This document shows, piece after piece, positions 10,183-19,068 of a stretch of DNA of 42,517 nt. Origin of the DNA: a virus (lineage: Duplodnaviria > Caudoviricetes); the IMG/VR virus record IMGVR_UViG_3300015259_000003, positions 1 through 42,517 of that record. One strand, given 5' to 3'. The notes under the pieces were generated by a model that had not been told where the DNA came from, did not search any database, and saw nothing but the letters and a program-made list of their open reading frames with translations. Within the stretch, counting starts at the first letter, position 1. The number at the start of each line of letters is the position of its first letter. The position numbers and the translations under genes were made by a program.

Positions 10183-10599
10183 TCAATCTCCTGGTTTAGC
10201 TACAGCCTGTTCTACTTGCGCTGTGATCTCCTTACGGAGATCCATGTCGTGATACTCGCTCACACGACGCAGTTCACGCTCAGCAGCCTCCTTCTTCCAA
10301 GTTTCCTTGAAATCATCCACAGTAGTAAGACCTCGCTCTTTCATGTACCGCCTATGTTTCGTGCGCGAGCTAATGTCAGTGCCATCTGTGGCCTGCATAC
10401 CGTCATAATGACGATCTCCAGCGAGTGCGTTTGCCAGCCCAGACATCTGCGGATTTACAGACAACTTTCTTTCCATCAGACAATATTGATTATCATGTAC
10501 GCACCATGGTCTAATGGGATCTTTAATGTAAGCGGAAATAGATTGAAAAACGCTGTGCTCTTTACCACACTTCGCACAGCGGTAATCATAGGTCGGCAT
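10183..10599 (-). CDS. FmdB-type zinc-ribbon protein
   Basis: MPTYDYRCAKCG...C..H...C followed by DGTDISSRTKHRRYMKERGL. Confidence 0.75.
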   Translation of the reverse strand: MPTYDYRCAKCGKEHSVFQSISAYIKDPIRPWCVHDNQYCLMERKLSVNPQMSGLANALAGDRHYDGMQATDGTDISSRTKHRRYMKERGLTTVDDFKETWKKEAAERELRRVSEYHDMDLRKEITAQVEQAVAKPGD

Positions 10600-10768
10600 C
10601 TTTGTTCTCCAGCACCTTCAACATTTCGCTGCAATACTGGTACCATTGCCGTTCTGCCTCAGACACTTGGGCAGTTATTTGAGCAGATGGGTGTTCCTTT
10701 TGTAACTCTCTCATACGCTTCAACGTGCGCAGCGCTCCGTATGCCTTCAAGAATGACTGTTCTACCAT
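10586..10768 (-). CDS. Hypothetical protein, 60 aa
   Basis: GGAG RBS, tightly packed between neighbours. Confidence 0.55.
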   Translation of the reverse strand: MVEQSFLKAYGALRTLKRMRELQKEHPSAQITAQVSEAERQWYQYCSEMLKVLENKDADL

Positions 10769-10771
10769 AGT

Positions 10772-12301
10772 TTACTCCATCAGTAAAAGTAGTTCCTCTT
10801 CCCTACGGCGGCGTAGGCGAGCCTTGGCTTCCACTTTAGCCTTCTCAATAGCCCGCGTCACTTTATCAGCATCAGCTCGCGCCACTATTAGATCGCGTAC
10901 CTCAGCTAGTGCAGCATACACCTGCGGCCCCACGACTGGCAAATCTGCCGCCAGTGGATTTGCAGGGGGCGCAATTCGCGCAGGTTGAGGATACAGAGCG
11001 GCGATCACGGCTACTAACTCTTCACGAATCTTGTTGCGCGAATTCTCAACTTCCTCTTCTTTCTTGTATCGTTTTCCACCACGCCGCGGCTTCGGCAAAC
11101 CACCATGAAATATAGCTGGTACGAAACCAGGAACTTTAGCCGCTGTAGCTGCATCACTAAATACGACTGTGTCAGCCGCTACAGCGGTTATTGCCGCAAG
11201 GACAACAGAAGCTATAGCACTGTCACTGAAGGTCCTAGTATCAGCGGCAACAGCAGTGTGTGATAAACTAGATACAGCGCTATCGCTAAATGCTACAGAG
11301 TCTACTGCTACCGCAGCCTGCGCTCTAGCGGCGACCGCACTGTCACTGAAGGTCCTAGTGTCTGTAGCAACAGCAGTATGCGAAAGAGATGCGACTGCGC
11401 TGTCACTAAAGGTCCTCGTATCAGCGGCAACTGCTGTTCGCACAGTAGTAGCGACCGCGCTGTCACTAAAGGTCCTAGTATCAGCGGCAACAGCAGCGTG
11501 TGAAAGTGAAGCTACAGCACTATCACTGAAGGTCCTCGTGTCAGACGCAGTAGTGACAATTCCGCCAGCAGCTTCTGCGAAAATTACGACAGTGCCAGCG
11601 TATTCCTCAGTGCCAGTAAGAACTCCCCACATGGCCTCGGCCTTCTGGCCGATCCATTCGCTATTAATCTTACGGTAGTCAGCCGAGTAGCCTATCGACG
11701 AATTAGAATCCTGCTCAATACCCGCGTTGATGTACCACTCAGGACGATCAATACCAACGGCAGCGTTGTTCCCTCCGCAACACAGCACCGCAATAGCAAT
11801 GCCTTTTTCAGTTATGATACCGCTCTTGCCAGAAACCGGACGGGCGTCCGTGCCAGTGGACGTACCAGCCGCATTGACTATTGGTGATGCCTTAACACCG
11901 GACAACTCAATTAAGTTGCCATTTCCCCACGTCGCGTTGCTAGGACCAACTACTGTGACACTTTTGTCGCCTGCACTGACATTGCTCTCATAGTAGACAA
12001 TTGCTGACTTAGTTGTGCTGAACGTTGCTATTGCGGCCTGCGTCGCCGTCATACCGCCAATGCTGTTAGGAATGGCATCCCCTCCAGCCTCATTCCACGC
12101 CATCACGGCAACGAGAGTGTTGCCAGCAGTAAAGCCGGTCAGCGTCAGCGTCATCGTCGTGCCGGCACCGGCGATCTGCCCCTTCGGGCCGATTTTAACT
12201 ACTTGCGCAGTAGTGTCAGTGGTCGAGACTGCGGCGTCGTTCGCACCTACCCAAGACTCGCCGACGAAACTCAGTGATGACCCGACAACATGGCCGGTCA
12301 T
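10772..12301 (-). CDS. Putative virion fibre/decoration protein with seven 20-aa repeats
   Basis: Beta-rich N-terminal domain, repeats AVAADTRTFSDSAVASLSH, charged C-terminus ending RRRREEELLLLME. Confidence 0.7.
   Translation of the reverse strand: MTGHVVGSSLSFVGESWVGANDAAVSTTDTTAQVVKIGPKGQIAGAGTTMTLTLTGFTAGNTLVAVMAWNEAGGDAIPNSIGGMTATQAAIATFSTTKSAIVYYESNVSAGDKSVTVVGPSNATWGNGNLIELSGVKASPIVNAAGTSTGTDARPVSGKSGIITEKGIAIAVLCCGGNNAAVGIDRPEWYINAGIEQDSNSSIGYSADYRKINSEWIGQKAEAMWGVLTGTEEYAGTVVIFAEAAGGIVTTASDTRTFSDSAVASLSHAAVAADTRTFSDSAVATTVRTAVAADTRTFSDSAVASLSHTAVATDTRTFSDSAVAARAQAAVAVDSVAFSDSAVSSLSHTAVAADTRTFSDSAIASVVLAAITAVAADTVVFSDAATAAKVPGFVPAIFHGGLPKPRRGGKRYKKEEEVENSRNKIREELVAVIAALYPQPARIAPPANPLAADLPVVGPQVYAALAEVRDLIVARADADKVTRAIEKAKVEAKARLRRRREEELLLLME
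11150..11560. repeat. Coding tandem repeat, 60 bp period, about 7 degenerate copies
   Basis: Unit similar to GC(A/G)CT(G/A)TCACT(G/A)AAGGTCCT(A/C)GT recurs near 11217, 11337, 11397, 11457 and 11517, with more diverged copies near 11157 and 11277. Confidence 0.9.
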
Positions 12302-12305
12302 GATG

Positions 12306-13217
12306 TCACCCTACCCTAGTAAGCTTTAGAGCGGTCCCAGCCTTGAGCGTGGTGGAGGTTGCTGTCTCCGAGGCGTACATCAACTTCAGATTGCCTGCGA
12401 CCGTGCAGATGAACCGCCCCTTGATGACAAGCATGATGTCGGCGTTGATCGTGTCCACATCGGTCATCGGGCCAAGCGTGGTGTTCTTCACCCGCGTAGA
12501 CATTTGAGCTAGGATGAAGCCAGTCGTCGCGTTCGTCTCCTGGTCGATAACTCCGTTCGCAGCAGTGACGCCCTGGCTCGGAAACTCAAATCGGTACTCG
12601 AATTCTGTCGTTGTCCCAGAGTGATCGACCGCGGCCTTCATGGACACCGTAGCGGTGGCTGACTGCACCCGCATCGAGTACTCGAATATGAAGGTGCCAA
12701 CGTCCGTCGGGATGGTTAGCCCGGTGACCTCGGCGACGGTGGACGACGTGACAGCAAAGTCCGACTCCAGCGAGATCGAGATCTCCTGCGGCTGCACGCG
12801 CAGATCGACGATCTGATTCGACGCGATCGTGGTGTCGTTGGCGGGCACGTAGACCACGGCCAAGACGACATCGTTTGCCGTGCGGGCCGGTGGCTTCGGG
12901 TTAGCAGCGGGCGTGCCGGCGCGCGCCGCCTTCGTGCCAGCGCTGTTGGCGACGATCAGGTCGAAGCGCGGATTGGTCGCGTCAGCCGCTGTGATCGTGA
13001 CGTTGCCAGCAGAGACAGTCTTTGGCTTGTAGTTCGTGTTGACTGCACCTGCTGCCACGGCAACGGTCATGTCCGGTAAACCTTGAGCGGTAACTCCGCA
13101 CCCACCAATTACGAACTCAGAGCCACCGAACGCGGCGATCACAACATCCAAATACTCCTGAAACAGAATACTTTGGTTGTCGTGAAAGGCTTCACCTTTA
13201 TCTGGCAACGTCCACAT
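12306..13217 (-). CDS. Putative virion structural protein, 303 aa
   Basis: GCGVTAQGLPDMTVAVAAG...ADATNPRFDLIV...VVLAVVYVPA resembles phage minor tail/fibre anchor domains. Confidence 0.65.
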   Translation of the reverse strand: MWTLPDKGEAFHDNQSILFQEYLDVVIAAFGGSEFVIGGCGVTAQGLPDMTVAVAAGAVNTNYKPKTVSAGNVTITAADATNPRFDLIVANSAGTKAARAGTPAANPKPPARTANDVVLAVVYVPANDTTIASNQIVDLRVQPQEISISLESDFAVTSSTVAEVTGLTIPTDVGTFIFEYSMRVQSATATVSMKAAVDHSGTTTEFEYRFEFPSQGVTAANGVIDQETNATTGFILAQMSTRVKNTTLGPMTDVDTINADIMLVIKGRFICTVAGNLKLMYASETATSTTLKAGTALKLTRVG

Positions 13218-13220
13218 AGG

Positions 13221-13478
13221 TCACAGCCCCACCGCGCCCGCGTACAGTGTCTTCTTGTCCAGCGCGCCTACCGCTTCATGACCAGCAAGATCGGCTGCGG
13301 CGATCGCTGCGTCCTTGATCGCTGTGTTGATGGTCGCCGCCAGGGCATTATGCGCTACGGTCAAGTCCCACGGAACAGCATCACCACCATCGCTCAACCG
13401 CGCCTCACCACTAATAAACAGTGTTCCATTCTCACCATTACCAATTGAACCTACGAAAATTGCAATGTGTGCCATCAT
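13221..13478 (-). CDS. Hypothetical protein, 85 aa
   Basis: Packed in the operon with 1-3 bp gaps. Confidence 0.6.
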   Translation of the reverse strand: MMAHIAIFVGSIGNGENGTLFISGEARLSDGGDAVPWDLTVAHNALAATINTAIKDAAIAAADLAGHEAVGALDKKTLYAGAVGL

Positions 13479-13479
13479 T

Positions 13480-14112
13480 TCACCCGTTAAATGTGTAAGT
13501 CACTAAGAGCGTGTCGAGGTTGTCCACAGCTTCATTACCTCCAGTAAAATCTGCTGCGCTCACCAATGTTCCGGTAGTGTCGTCCTTAGTTACAGAACCA
13601 GCATTATTCATAAACATACCAGCCACCGTGCCAGTACTCGTAATTGAGTACGACTGCTGTGGACTGACACTAGATTGGCTGGAAGCCGCTCCCATCGTAA
13701 CGTCTTTCCGGTTACCAGAATACGTAGGAGCATTAGCCAGACCCACTTCCAACCAGCTAGCGTGAGACGCCTGGGTGTCACCCGCCGCAGCGGCACCAGC
13801 ACCCTTTAGACCCATTCTCACAGTCTGCGTGTAAGCCGACCCGCGCCAGAAAGTATCAAGAATGTGATTACGACCTAAATTTGTAACCAGGTTCTCGCCA
13901 ATAGCTCTCGCTTTCTCGTATTGAAACGGGCGCATTTCTCGGCTCAGACGTTCATGTTCCAGCTGCAATATCTCCTTCTCAGCTACGCTCAGCCCAGTGG
14001 CTGACATATCTTCTTCAACCTTCAGACGAGCGTTCCACAACGGCATGAACTCGTCAATTTTGCCCGGCAACGGGCGCAGAATACTTGCGTGAATTCGATT
14101 AGGCTTCGTCAT
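13480..14112 (-). CDS. Putative virion structural protein, 210 aa
   Basis: ENLVTNLGRNHILD...DTLLVTYTF is a tail-collar/fibre-like beta domain; AGGAG RBS. Confidence 0.65.
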   Translation of the reverse strand: MTKPNRIHASILRPLPGKIDEFMPLWNARLKVEEDMSATGLSVAEKEILQLEHERLSREMRPFQYEKARAIGENLVTNLGRNHILDTFWRGSAYTQTVRMGLKGAGAAAAGDTQASHASWLEVGLANAPTYSGNRKDVTMGAASSQSSVSPQQSYSITSTGTVAGMFMNNAGSVTKDDTTGTLVSAADFTGGNEAVDNLDTLLVTYTFNG

Positions 14113-14113
14113 A

Positions 14114-16306
14114 TTAATCTCCTAGTTTGTCCGTTACGCTCAAGATATCACCTGTCTTCTTGTCGCGCTCAGGCACGCGAATGCGAGGCTTCTTCATAAC
14201 TTCCATCAGCTCCTTCATGATATTTTTCAACTCACTGCTACCGTCACCAGCTAACTGCTGGCTCTGCAAGACACTTTCTTGAGCGCCGCTCATAATTTGC
14301 ATCAACGCCTCGTGCGCCTGCTGCGCGCGTTGAGACATTTGATCCATGCTGAGCTTCATGCCTTCCTGAGCGGCCTTGTTGTCCTCGCTCTGCTTGGTAA
14401 TAGCATTAGCCATCTGTTCAATGAGCAGCTTCGTGCCATTGTTCAGCTGAGCCACTTCCTTCTGTGTATCTGATTGCATCTTGGCCACCATTCGCGTAGT
14501 TTCTTCTTTACCCATGGCAATCGCTTTCGCAGTATCTTCGTGCATTGCAGCCAGTTCTTTCTTAGCCTGTGCTTCCACGACAGCTGGGTCAGGTTTCTCA
14601 CCCTGTGGCTGACTTGCGACCTGAATTGCCTGGTCGAGAATAGTTTCAATATCACTGCTACCACGGAAGCTAGCGGTCACCCAGGAAATCATCTTAAGTA
14701 AGAATGGAGCGGCTTCGGGTGCAACTTCCAGTATCTGTCCGGCTTGAGACACGAACTGCCCCACTGCCACGAGATATTCGGAACGGAGTTCACGCTCAGC
14801 GTTGTAATCCGCGAGGCTGAGGGTCTCTTCTCCAACTTCGACACGATATTGGCTCGCACGAAAATCTTTGAGCAATTGAATCGCTTGGTCTGCGTATGGT
14901 GCGCTTTCCGTTTGATCGATTTGACTGACACGCTTAATTATCTCCGGTTGCCAATGTTTGCAAATTATTTCACACTTCAGACGAATTGAGTGTCTGACAA
15001 ACTTTCCAACATCCTGTTGCTTCAACTGAAGTCTTACAGACGAGTATTGCGCTTTCAACTTCTGCGCGCCCAACGTTTCACGTGGATTGGACGCCCCACG
15101 CTGGATATCACTAATACTGGTTAATTCGTAAATTTGAGTAATAACCGATTGGCGCTGAACCATCAGTCTTTCCAGCACTTCAGCGATTACTTCGACTGGA
15201 AACCAGTCCACCTGTCCCTTCAGACCACCCTGTTCAGCGAATGCTGCCCAGTTGTCCACAGGGATCATGTTAAACTCACCGCCAGTGAGCAATTTCTTCA
15301 ATTCGTCGTTAGTTTTGTCGTAAACACCGACAACACGCAGCGCTTTAGTCAGAATAGCAATACGTTGATTCAGAATATCCAGTTCCTCGTACTGGTCCTG
15401 AGCCATATAGTAGTCAGTACGTGGAACGAACGCGTTCGTCGTGTGCGTGGCGAGTACAGGCTCTGGGCACGGCCAGAAATCCTCCAATTTCAACGGGTCA
15501 TCAATAGGATCCTGTAAAAAATCCTCGAGCGCTCGGCAAAGCCAGTAAACTCTATTGGTGTCCTCACACCAAACTTCGAAAACCTCCACCCGACCCTTCG
15601 TGAAACCCTGTGGGAGGAAGTCTCCACGACTTATCTTAGCCTGAGCAGATGACTTAACTGTTTCCCACTTCTCTTTTCCGAAAAACTTTACAAACTGTTT
15701 CTTTTTCATCCAGCAACGTCGTCCTACCCACCATACTTCACCCCATGTACGGCTAATGGAGAACAAAAAATCACGCCAATGCACGTAATCGGTGGGGGCG
15801 GATTCATCAATGATCCGCATGCCAGCCGGGGCGAGCTCACTGCCATCAGTGCCAAGAACTGGCTGAGTCAGCTCCGTCTCTACTTCATATCTGTGCCAGA
15901 TTTGGCCCAAGCCAGGTATTAAGAGATCCTCTACAGCTGACTTAAACGCCGCATGCATATCACTAGAGTCTTTATCTAGCCCGAAATTGACTATTCTCTC
16001 CAGAATCAATGCTGCGCATCTCGCAATGTCATCTTTCTGGTCATCGTGTTGCCGTTTGATAGCCGGTTTCGGTGCTGTAGCATACAACGCGCTCTTGATA
16101 ATCTGCGTATTAGCCCAGAAAATATTGTATTTTCGGCGCTTTTCGTCGTCTAAGACGTTGTCGTCACTACGGTCGTCCAAATAACGCCTGACTGCATCGT
16201 CACCCGATCTTCTCCACTTATCATCAAGGTATTTTTCAACTATTTCAATCTCCTGTAACCACCACAAGGCAGTGTATTCTACATGATTGTTAGTTGCCTC
16301 GGCCAT
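14114..16306 (-). CDS. Portal protein
   Basis: 730 aa after terL, YNIFWAN...DYVHWRDF...FWPCPEP...ETLGAQKLKAQY motifs, long C-terminal helical barrel as in P22-like portals. Confidence 0.9.
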   Translation of the reverse strand: MAEATNNHVEYTALWWLQEIEIVEKYLDDKWRRSGDDAVRRYLDDRSDDNVLDDEKRRKYNIFWANTQIIKSALYATAPKPAIKRQHDDQKDDIARCAALILERIVNFGLDKDSSDMHAAFKSAVEDLLIPGLGQIWHRYEVETELTQPVLGTDGSELAPAGMRIIDESAPTDYVHWRDFLFSISRTWGEVWWVGRRCWMKKKQFVKFFGKEKWETVKSSAQAKISRGDFLPQGFTKGRVEVFEVWCEDTNRVYWLCRALEDFLQDPIDDPLKLEDFWPCPEPVLATHTTNAFVPRTDYYMAQDQYEELDILNQRIAILTKALRVVGVYDKTNDELKKLLTGGEFNMIPVDNWAAFAEQGGLKGQVDWFPVEVIAEVLERLMVQRQSVITQIYELTSISDIQRGASNPRETLGAQKLKAQYSSVRLQLKQQDVGKFVRHSIRLKCEIICKHWQPEIIKRVSQIDQTESAPYADQAIQLLKDFRASQYRVEVGEETLSLADYNAERELRSEYLVAVGQFVSQAGQILEVAPEAAPFLLKMISWVTASFRGSSDIETILDQAIQVASQPQGEKPDPAVVEAQAKKELAAMHEDTAKAIAMGKEETTRMVAKMQSDTQKEVAQLNNGTKLLIEQMANAITKQSEDNKAAQEGMKLSMDQMSQRAQQAHEALMQIMSGAQESVLQSQQLAGDGSSELKNIMKELMEVMKKPRIRVPERDKKTGDILSVTDKLGD

Positions 16307-16639
16307 TTAGAACTCCATCCTGTAGCTAACTACTACTCCGCCACGCTGCGCCTGCATCATCCACGCACCAACCTGAACACCAAGATACGCTCCCGCAGCG
16401 TCCCACACTAGGTCCTTATAGCTGAATCCAGTAGTTTTTCGATCGGACATCTCTTTCAATAATCCTACTCCCATCGCAATACCAAAGGCGATAGGTTTGC
16501 TCTCAACCGCTGTATACGCCAGAGTTCCTATGAAGACAGAGCCACCAAAGTGCCAGACCTTGTCGTCTCCTACCCAACGATCCTGCGCACATACAAACGC
16601 TGGTAAGAGAAAAAGAAGGGGGAAAAGGAATTTAAGCAT
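16307..16639 (-). CDS. YfiM/DUF2279-like membrane protein with signal peptide
   Basis: DRWVGDDKVWHF...GLLKEMSD...GFSYKDLVWDAAGA; start at ATG 16639 with GGAG RBS, overlapping the terL stop. Confidence 0.7.
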   Translation of the reverse strand: MLKFLFPLLFLLPAFVCAQDRWVGDDKVWHFGGSVFIGTLAYTAVESKPIAFGIAMGVGLLKEMSDRKTTGFSYKDLVWDAAGAYLGVQVGAWMMQAQRGGVVVSYRMEF

Positions 16640-18026
16640 GTCTGCTCCGTCTAAGGTCCCAAAGATCATCCAAGCAAAAGCCATAGCTTACGCCTGCCGG
16701 CGCACTAGGGGTATCACCTTGATATACCTGCATGCGGCTCCTCTTCGCTTTAGTCATGGCGACCACTTTCGGGTTCATCATGATGCACATATATCTGAAC
16801 ATATCCATCCAATCACTAGCCCAATCATGTACCGGTTCATCTTCGTATCTCTTCAGCTTTTCATCGTACTTGCGATGATACGTCTTCGCTGCCAGGATGA
16901 ATGTCTCATTTTCCGGCTCATTAATGTAAATCTGCGGGAACGTCAATCGAACAGCCGCGATGCCATCTATAACGTCTAGCTTTGGAACCAACTTCGGTCT
17001 AAGGGATGCGGCCTGAAAGTGATTGATGATCGCCTTACCCGTCTGCAAAGTCTTCGCTTTGGCGTCATGGGGGAGATATATATTCCCGGGAATATACCGG
17101 GGGCCCTCTCGGACTCTTGTAGCCTCCGGCCAACTTGATCCTTGCCAGAAAGCCTTAGCGTAGACAATGTAATTTGCGATGGGCTTGAAATTGTCACCAT
17201 ACGAATGACCGAGTAAGATTCCGTCGAATCTTCGCTGACCAAATCCCATCGTAGCTGCATCCTTAAAACCCAAGTCCATTGTGAGGTCCACTGGAGCGGC
17301 CGTATCAATGGGAAAGTTACCGATACGACCTTCAGTGGAAGCGGCTTCCATTTGTCTTGCATAGATTGCTCCTCGTACGCTAGCTTCGAAGTCGCACATC
17401 ATTTCTTGTGCAAACTCCTCCGGCTCCATCAACTCTCTCATCTCCTCCAAATCTTCGATGGGAATGATATTTGTCTGTGTCACCTTCCACATGGTGGTGA
17501 ACCACTTGTCGTTTTTCAGATTCTTATACCACAAGTCTCGGAAGTGATTTGGACCGTTCGGTGTTCCCATGAAAACAGCCCAGCCGCGGCGATCAACGAG
17601 TGCTGGGAGTAAGACTTCCTTCCAGACATACACCACCATATTCCCGAATTCGTCCAGGACTGCTCCGTCAAAGTACAGCCCACGAAATGAATCAGGGTTG
17701 TCAGCCCCGTAGATCGTAATTCTTGGGCAGGTAGGCAACGCCGATAATTCGACATACAATTCCGCCTCACTTATCTTAGGATTGAACGGTGCGGCAGCTT
17801 TTTTCAAGTATTCCCAAGCGATCGCCTTCGCTTGTTTCAGAAGTGGGGCGATATACGCGTACCTTGGAGCCTCCCTAGTATTGTAACTCGCCTTCTCTAC
17901 CAGATCATTGACTGCCGCTACAGTCTTCCCGGCCCGTCTGTGGGCGACGAGTATAGCCCATCTCTGCGTTCGCAGATGGAACGGCATGAAGTGACTTCTA
18001 GGTCGGTAGTTACTGTGAATCTGCAT
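16632..18026 (-). CDS. terL: Terminase large subunit
   Basis: Walker A HRRAGKT, Walker B AVLDEF, coupling motif GTP, nuclease DLG...HDWASDWMD. Confidence 0.95.
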   Translation of the reverse strand: MQIHSNYRPRSHFMPFHLRTQRWAILVAHRRAGKTVAAVNDLVEKASYNTREAPRYAYIAPLLKQAKAIAWEYLKKAAAPFNPKISEAELYVELSALPTCPRITIYGADNPDSFRGLYFDGAVLDEFGNMVVYVWKEVLLPALVDRRGWAVFMGTPNGPNHFRDLWYKNLKNDKWFTTMWKVTQTNIIPIEDLEEMRELMEPEEFAQEMMCDFEASVRGAIYARQMEAASTEGRIGNFPIDTAAPVDLTMDLGFKDAATMGFGQRRFDGILLGHSYGDNFKPIANYIVYAKAFWQGSSWPEATRVREGPRYIPGNIYLPHDAKAKTLQTGKAIINHFQAASLRPKLVPKLDVIDGIAAVRLTFPQIYINEPENETFILAAKTYHRKYDEKLKRYEDEPVHDWASDWMDMFRYMCIMMNPKVVAMTKAKRSRMQVYQGDTPSAPAGVSYGFCLDDLWDLRRSRHA

Positions 18027-18207
18027 TATTATTCACGCAAGCGCCGACAGCTTCAGGTATTTCTTTTTCCCATGTTCCCAGATTCTCCGCGCACACTACC
18101 TTAGGGTCACGCGCGGGCGCGAGCGTGTGATTGTAGTTACCACACGAGGCCAGTGTGGCTGTCGCCGTTGCGATCAACCCACTTACCATCTCTGTAAATG
18201 TAGTCAT
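18010..18207 (-). CDS. Possible small lipoprotein, 65 aa
   Basis: Hydrophobic stretch ending LASC; no basic n-region and a weak RBS. Confidence 0.3.
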   Translation of the reverse strand: MTTFTEMVSGLIATATATLASCGNYNHTLAPARDPKVVCAENLGTWEKEIPEAVGACVNNNADSQ

Positions 18208-18325
18208 ACAATTTTAATCTTTCTAGGTAAATGGGAGAGTCTGGCCATATCTCGAAAGTATGCCCTTCACCATCCCTATACCTGATCGTCCCCTCCGGAG
18301 GAAACGTCGGCTTCAGGGTGCTCAT
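18137..18325 (-). CDS. Possible hypothetical protein, 62 aa (MSTLKPTFPPEGTIRYRDG...)
   Basis: Protein-like composition and fills the terS-terL gap; no clear RBS. Confidence 0.35.
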   Translation of the reverse strand: MSTLKPTFPPEGTIRYRDGEGHTFEIWPDSPIYLERLKLYDYIYRDGKWVDRNGDSHTGLVW

Positions 18326-18614
18326 CGAGGGGAGTGGGGGCGATGGCATGGATAATCTGTACCACTCCGCCGTGGCCAATTTGGATGGAAGTAGATGGGA
18401 GGAGTTTGGAATATAGGGCATAAAACTTATCCGGGTTAGCGCTGGCCCAAAGCGCGAGCCTCTGTGTCCCCCCAATCATAGTGAACGCGTGGGCGAACGC
18501 GTTCACTACGTCTTGACGGGTAAACCCATCTCTTGCGCGAGTGAGCCCATTTGGAGCTGGATTCTTGAGGTCCTCACGCCGCTCAATCAACTCGAAAGCT
18601 CTTTGGTCATCCAT
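18276..18614 (-). CDS. terS: Putative terminase small subunit
   Basis: AFTMIGGTQRLALWASANPDKFYALYSKLLP matches a common small-terminase helical motif; first gene of the late operon; AAGGA RBS. Confidence 0.7.
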   Translation of the reverse strand: MDDQRAFELIERREDLKNPAPNGLTRARDGFTRQDVVNAFAHAFTMIGGTQRLALWASANPDKFYALYSKLLPSTSIQIGHGGVVQIIHAIAPTPLDEHPEADVSSGGDDQV

Positions 18615-18636
18615 TTTCAGATCCTTAAACGGCTAA

Positions 18637-18665
18637 ACCCTACCATAAAACCATAGGTAGAGCAA
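18637..18665 (-). promoter_or_regulatory. Candidate sigma70-like late promoter
   Basis: Minus strand TTGCTC-17 bp-TAGGGT upstream of terS; spacer contains the CTACC/GGTAG inverted repeat. Confidence 0.35.
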
Positions 18666-18797
18666 CCTACATTGGGCTCTAGAGACAAAAGAAAAGAGTA
18701 CTCAATTTAGATAACACGAAATGAAGAGAAATGTGCCTGGGGGTTGAGCGGAATCTTCGGACGCAATTGGGGCTTACCCTCCCCGGCCATTAATTCT

Positions 18798-18944
18798 TGC
18801 TATATGACCTGGGCTTCCGATAGTGGTTAACATAGTTAACTAAGTATACTCGTGGCATCACTATCATGTGCTATATGACCTGGGCTTCCGATAGTGGTTA
18901 ACATAGTTAACTAAGTATACTCGTGGCATCACTATCATGTGCTA
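18798..18944. repeat. Perfect 71 bp tandem duplication
   Basis: 18798-18868 equals 18869-18939, plus TGCTA; the unit contains GATAGTG/CACTATC arms and the palindromes GTTAAC, TAGTTAACTA and GTATAC. Confidence 0.95.
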
Positions 18945-18999
18945 CCTTCACATAGCTAAATACCATTGGCTGTTCGGGCAGCCAGCGCCTATAACTAAC

Positions 19000-19027
19000 T
19001 TGATTACATGGTTAGGGCAGTTAGTCT
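19000..19027 (+). promoter_or_regulatory. Candidate sigma70-like promoter
   Basis: TTGATT-16 bp-TAGTCT upstream of ATG 19069. Confidence 0.3.
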
Positions 19028-19068
19028 GCCATCCGCAGCGGCCGGTCTGTCGCGAAAAAGGGTACATC

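Noticed and set aside
7269-10770. Long plus-strand ORFs 7269..8150, 8044..8880 and 9805..10770
   Set aside because: Antisense shadows of the decoration, capsid and scaffold genes; no RBS or protein-like motifs
11150-11560. CRISPR array or DGR repeat
   Set aside because: 60 bp in-frame period with mainly synonymous variation and no unique spacers; no reverse transcriptase in the genome
18798-18944. Mini CRISPR array
   Set aside because: The two units are wholly identical and contiguous, with no spacer
18937-19068. N-terminal extension of the 169 aa ORF
   Set aside because: ATG 18937 lies inside the tandem repeat without an RBS; ATG 19069 has an RBS and a candidate promoter
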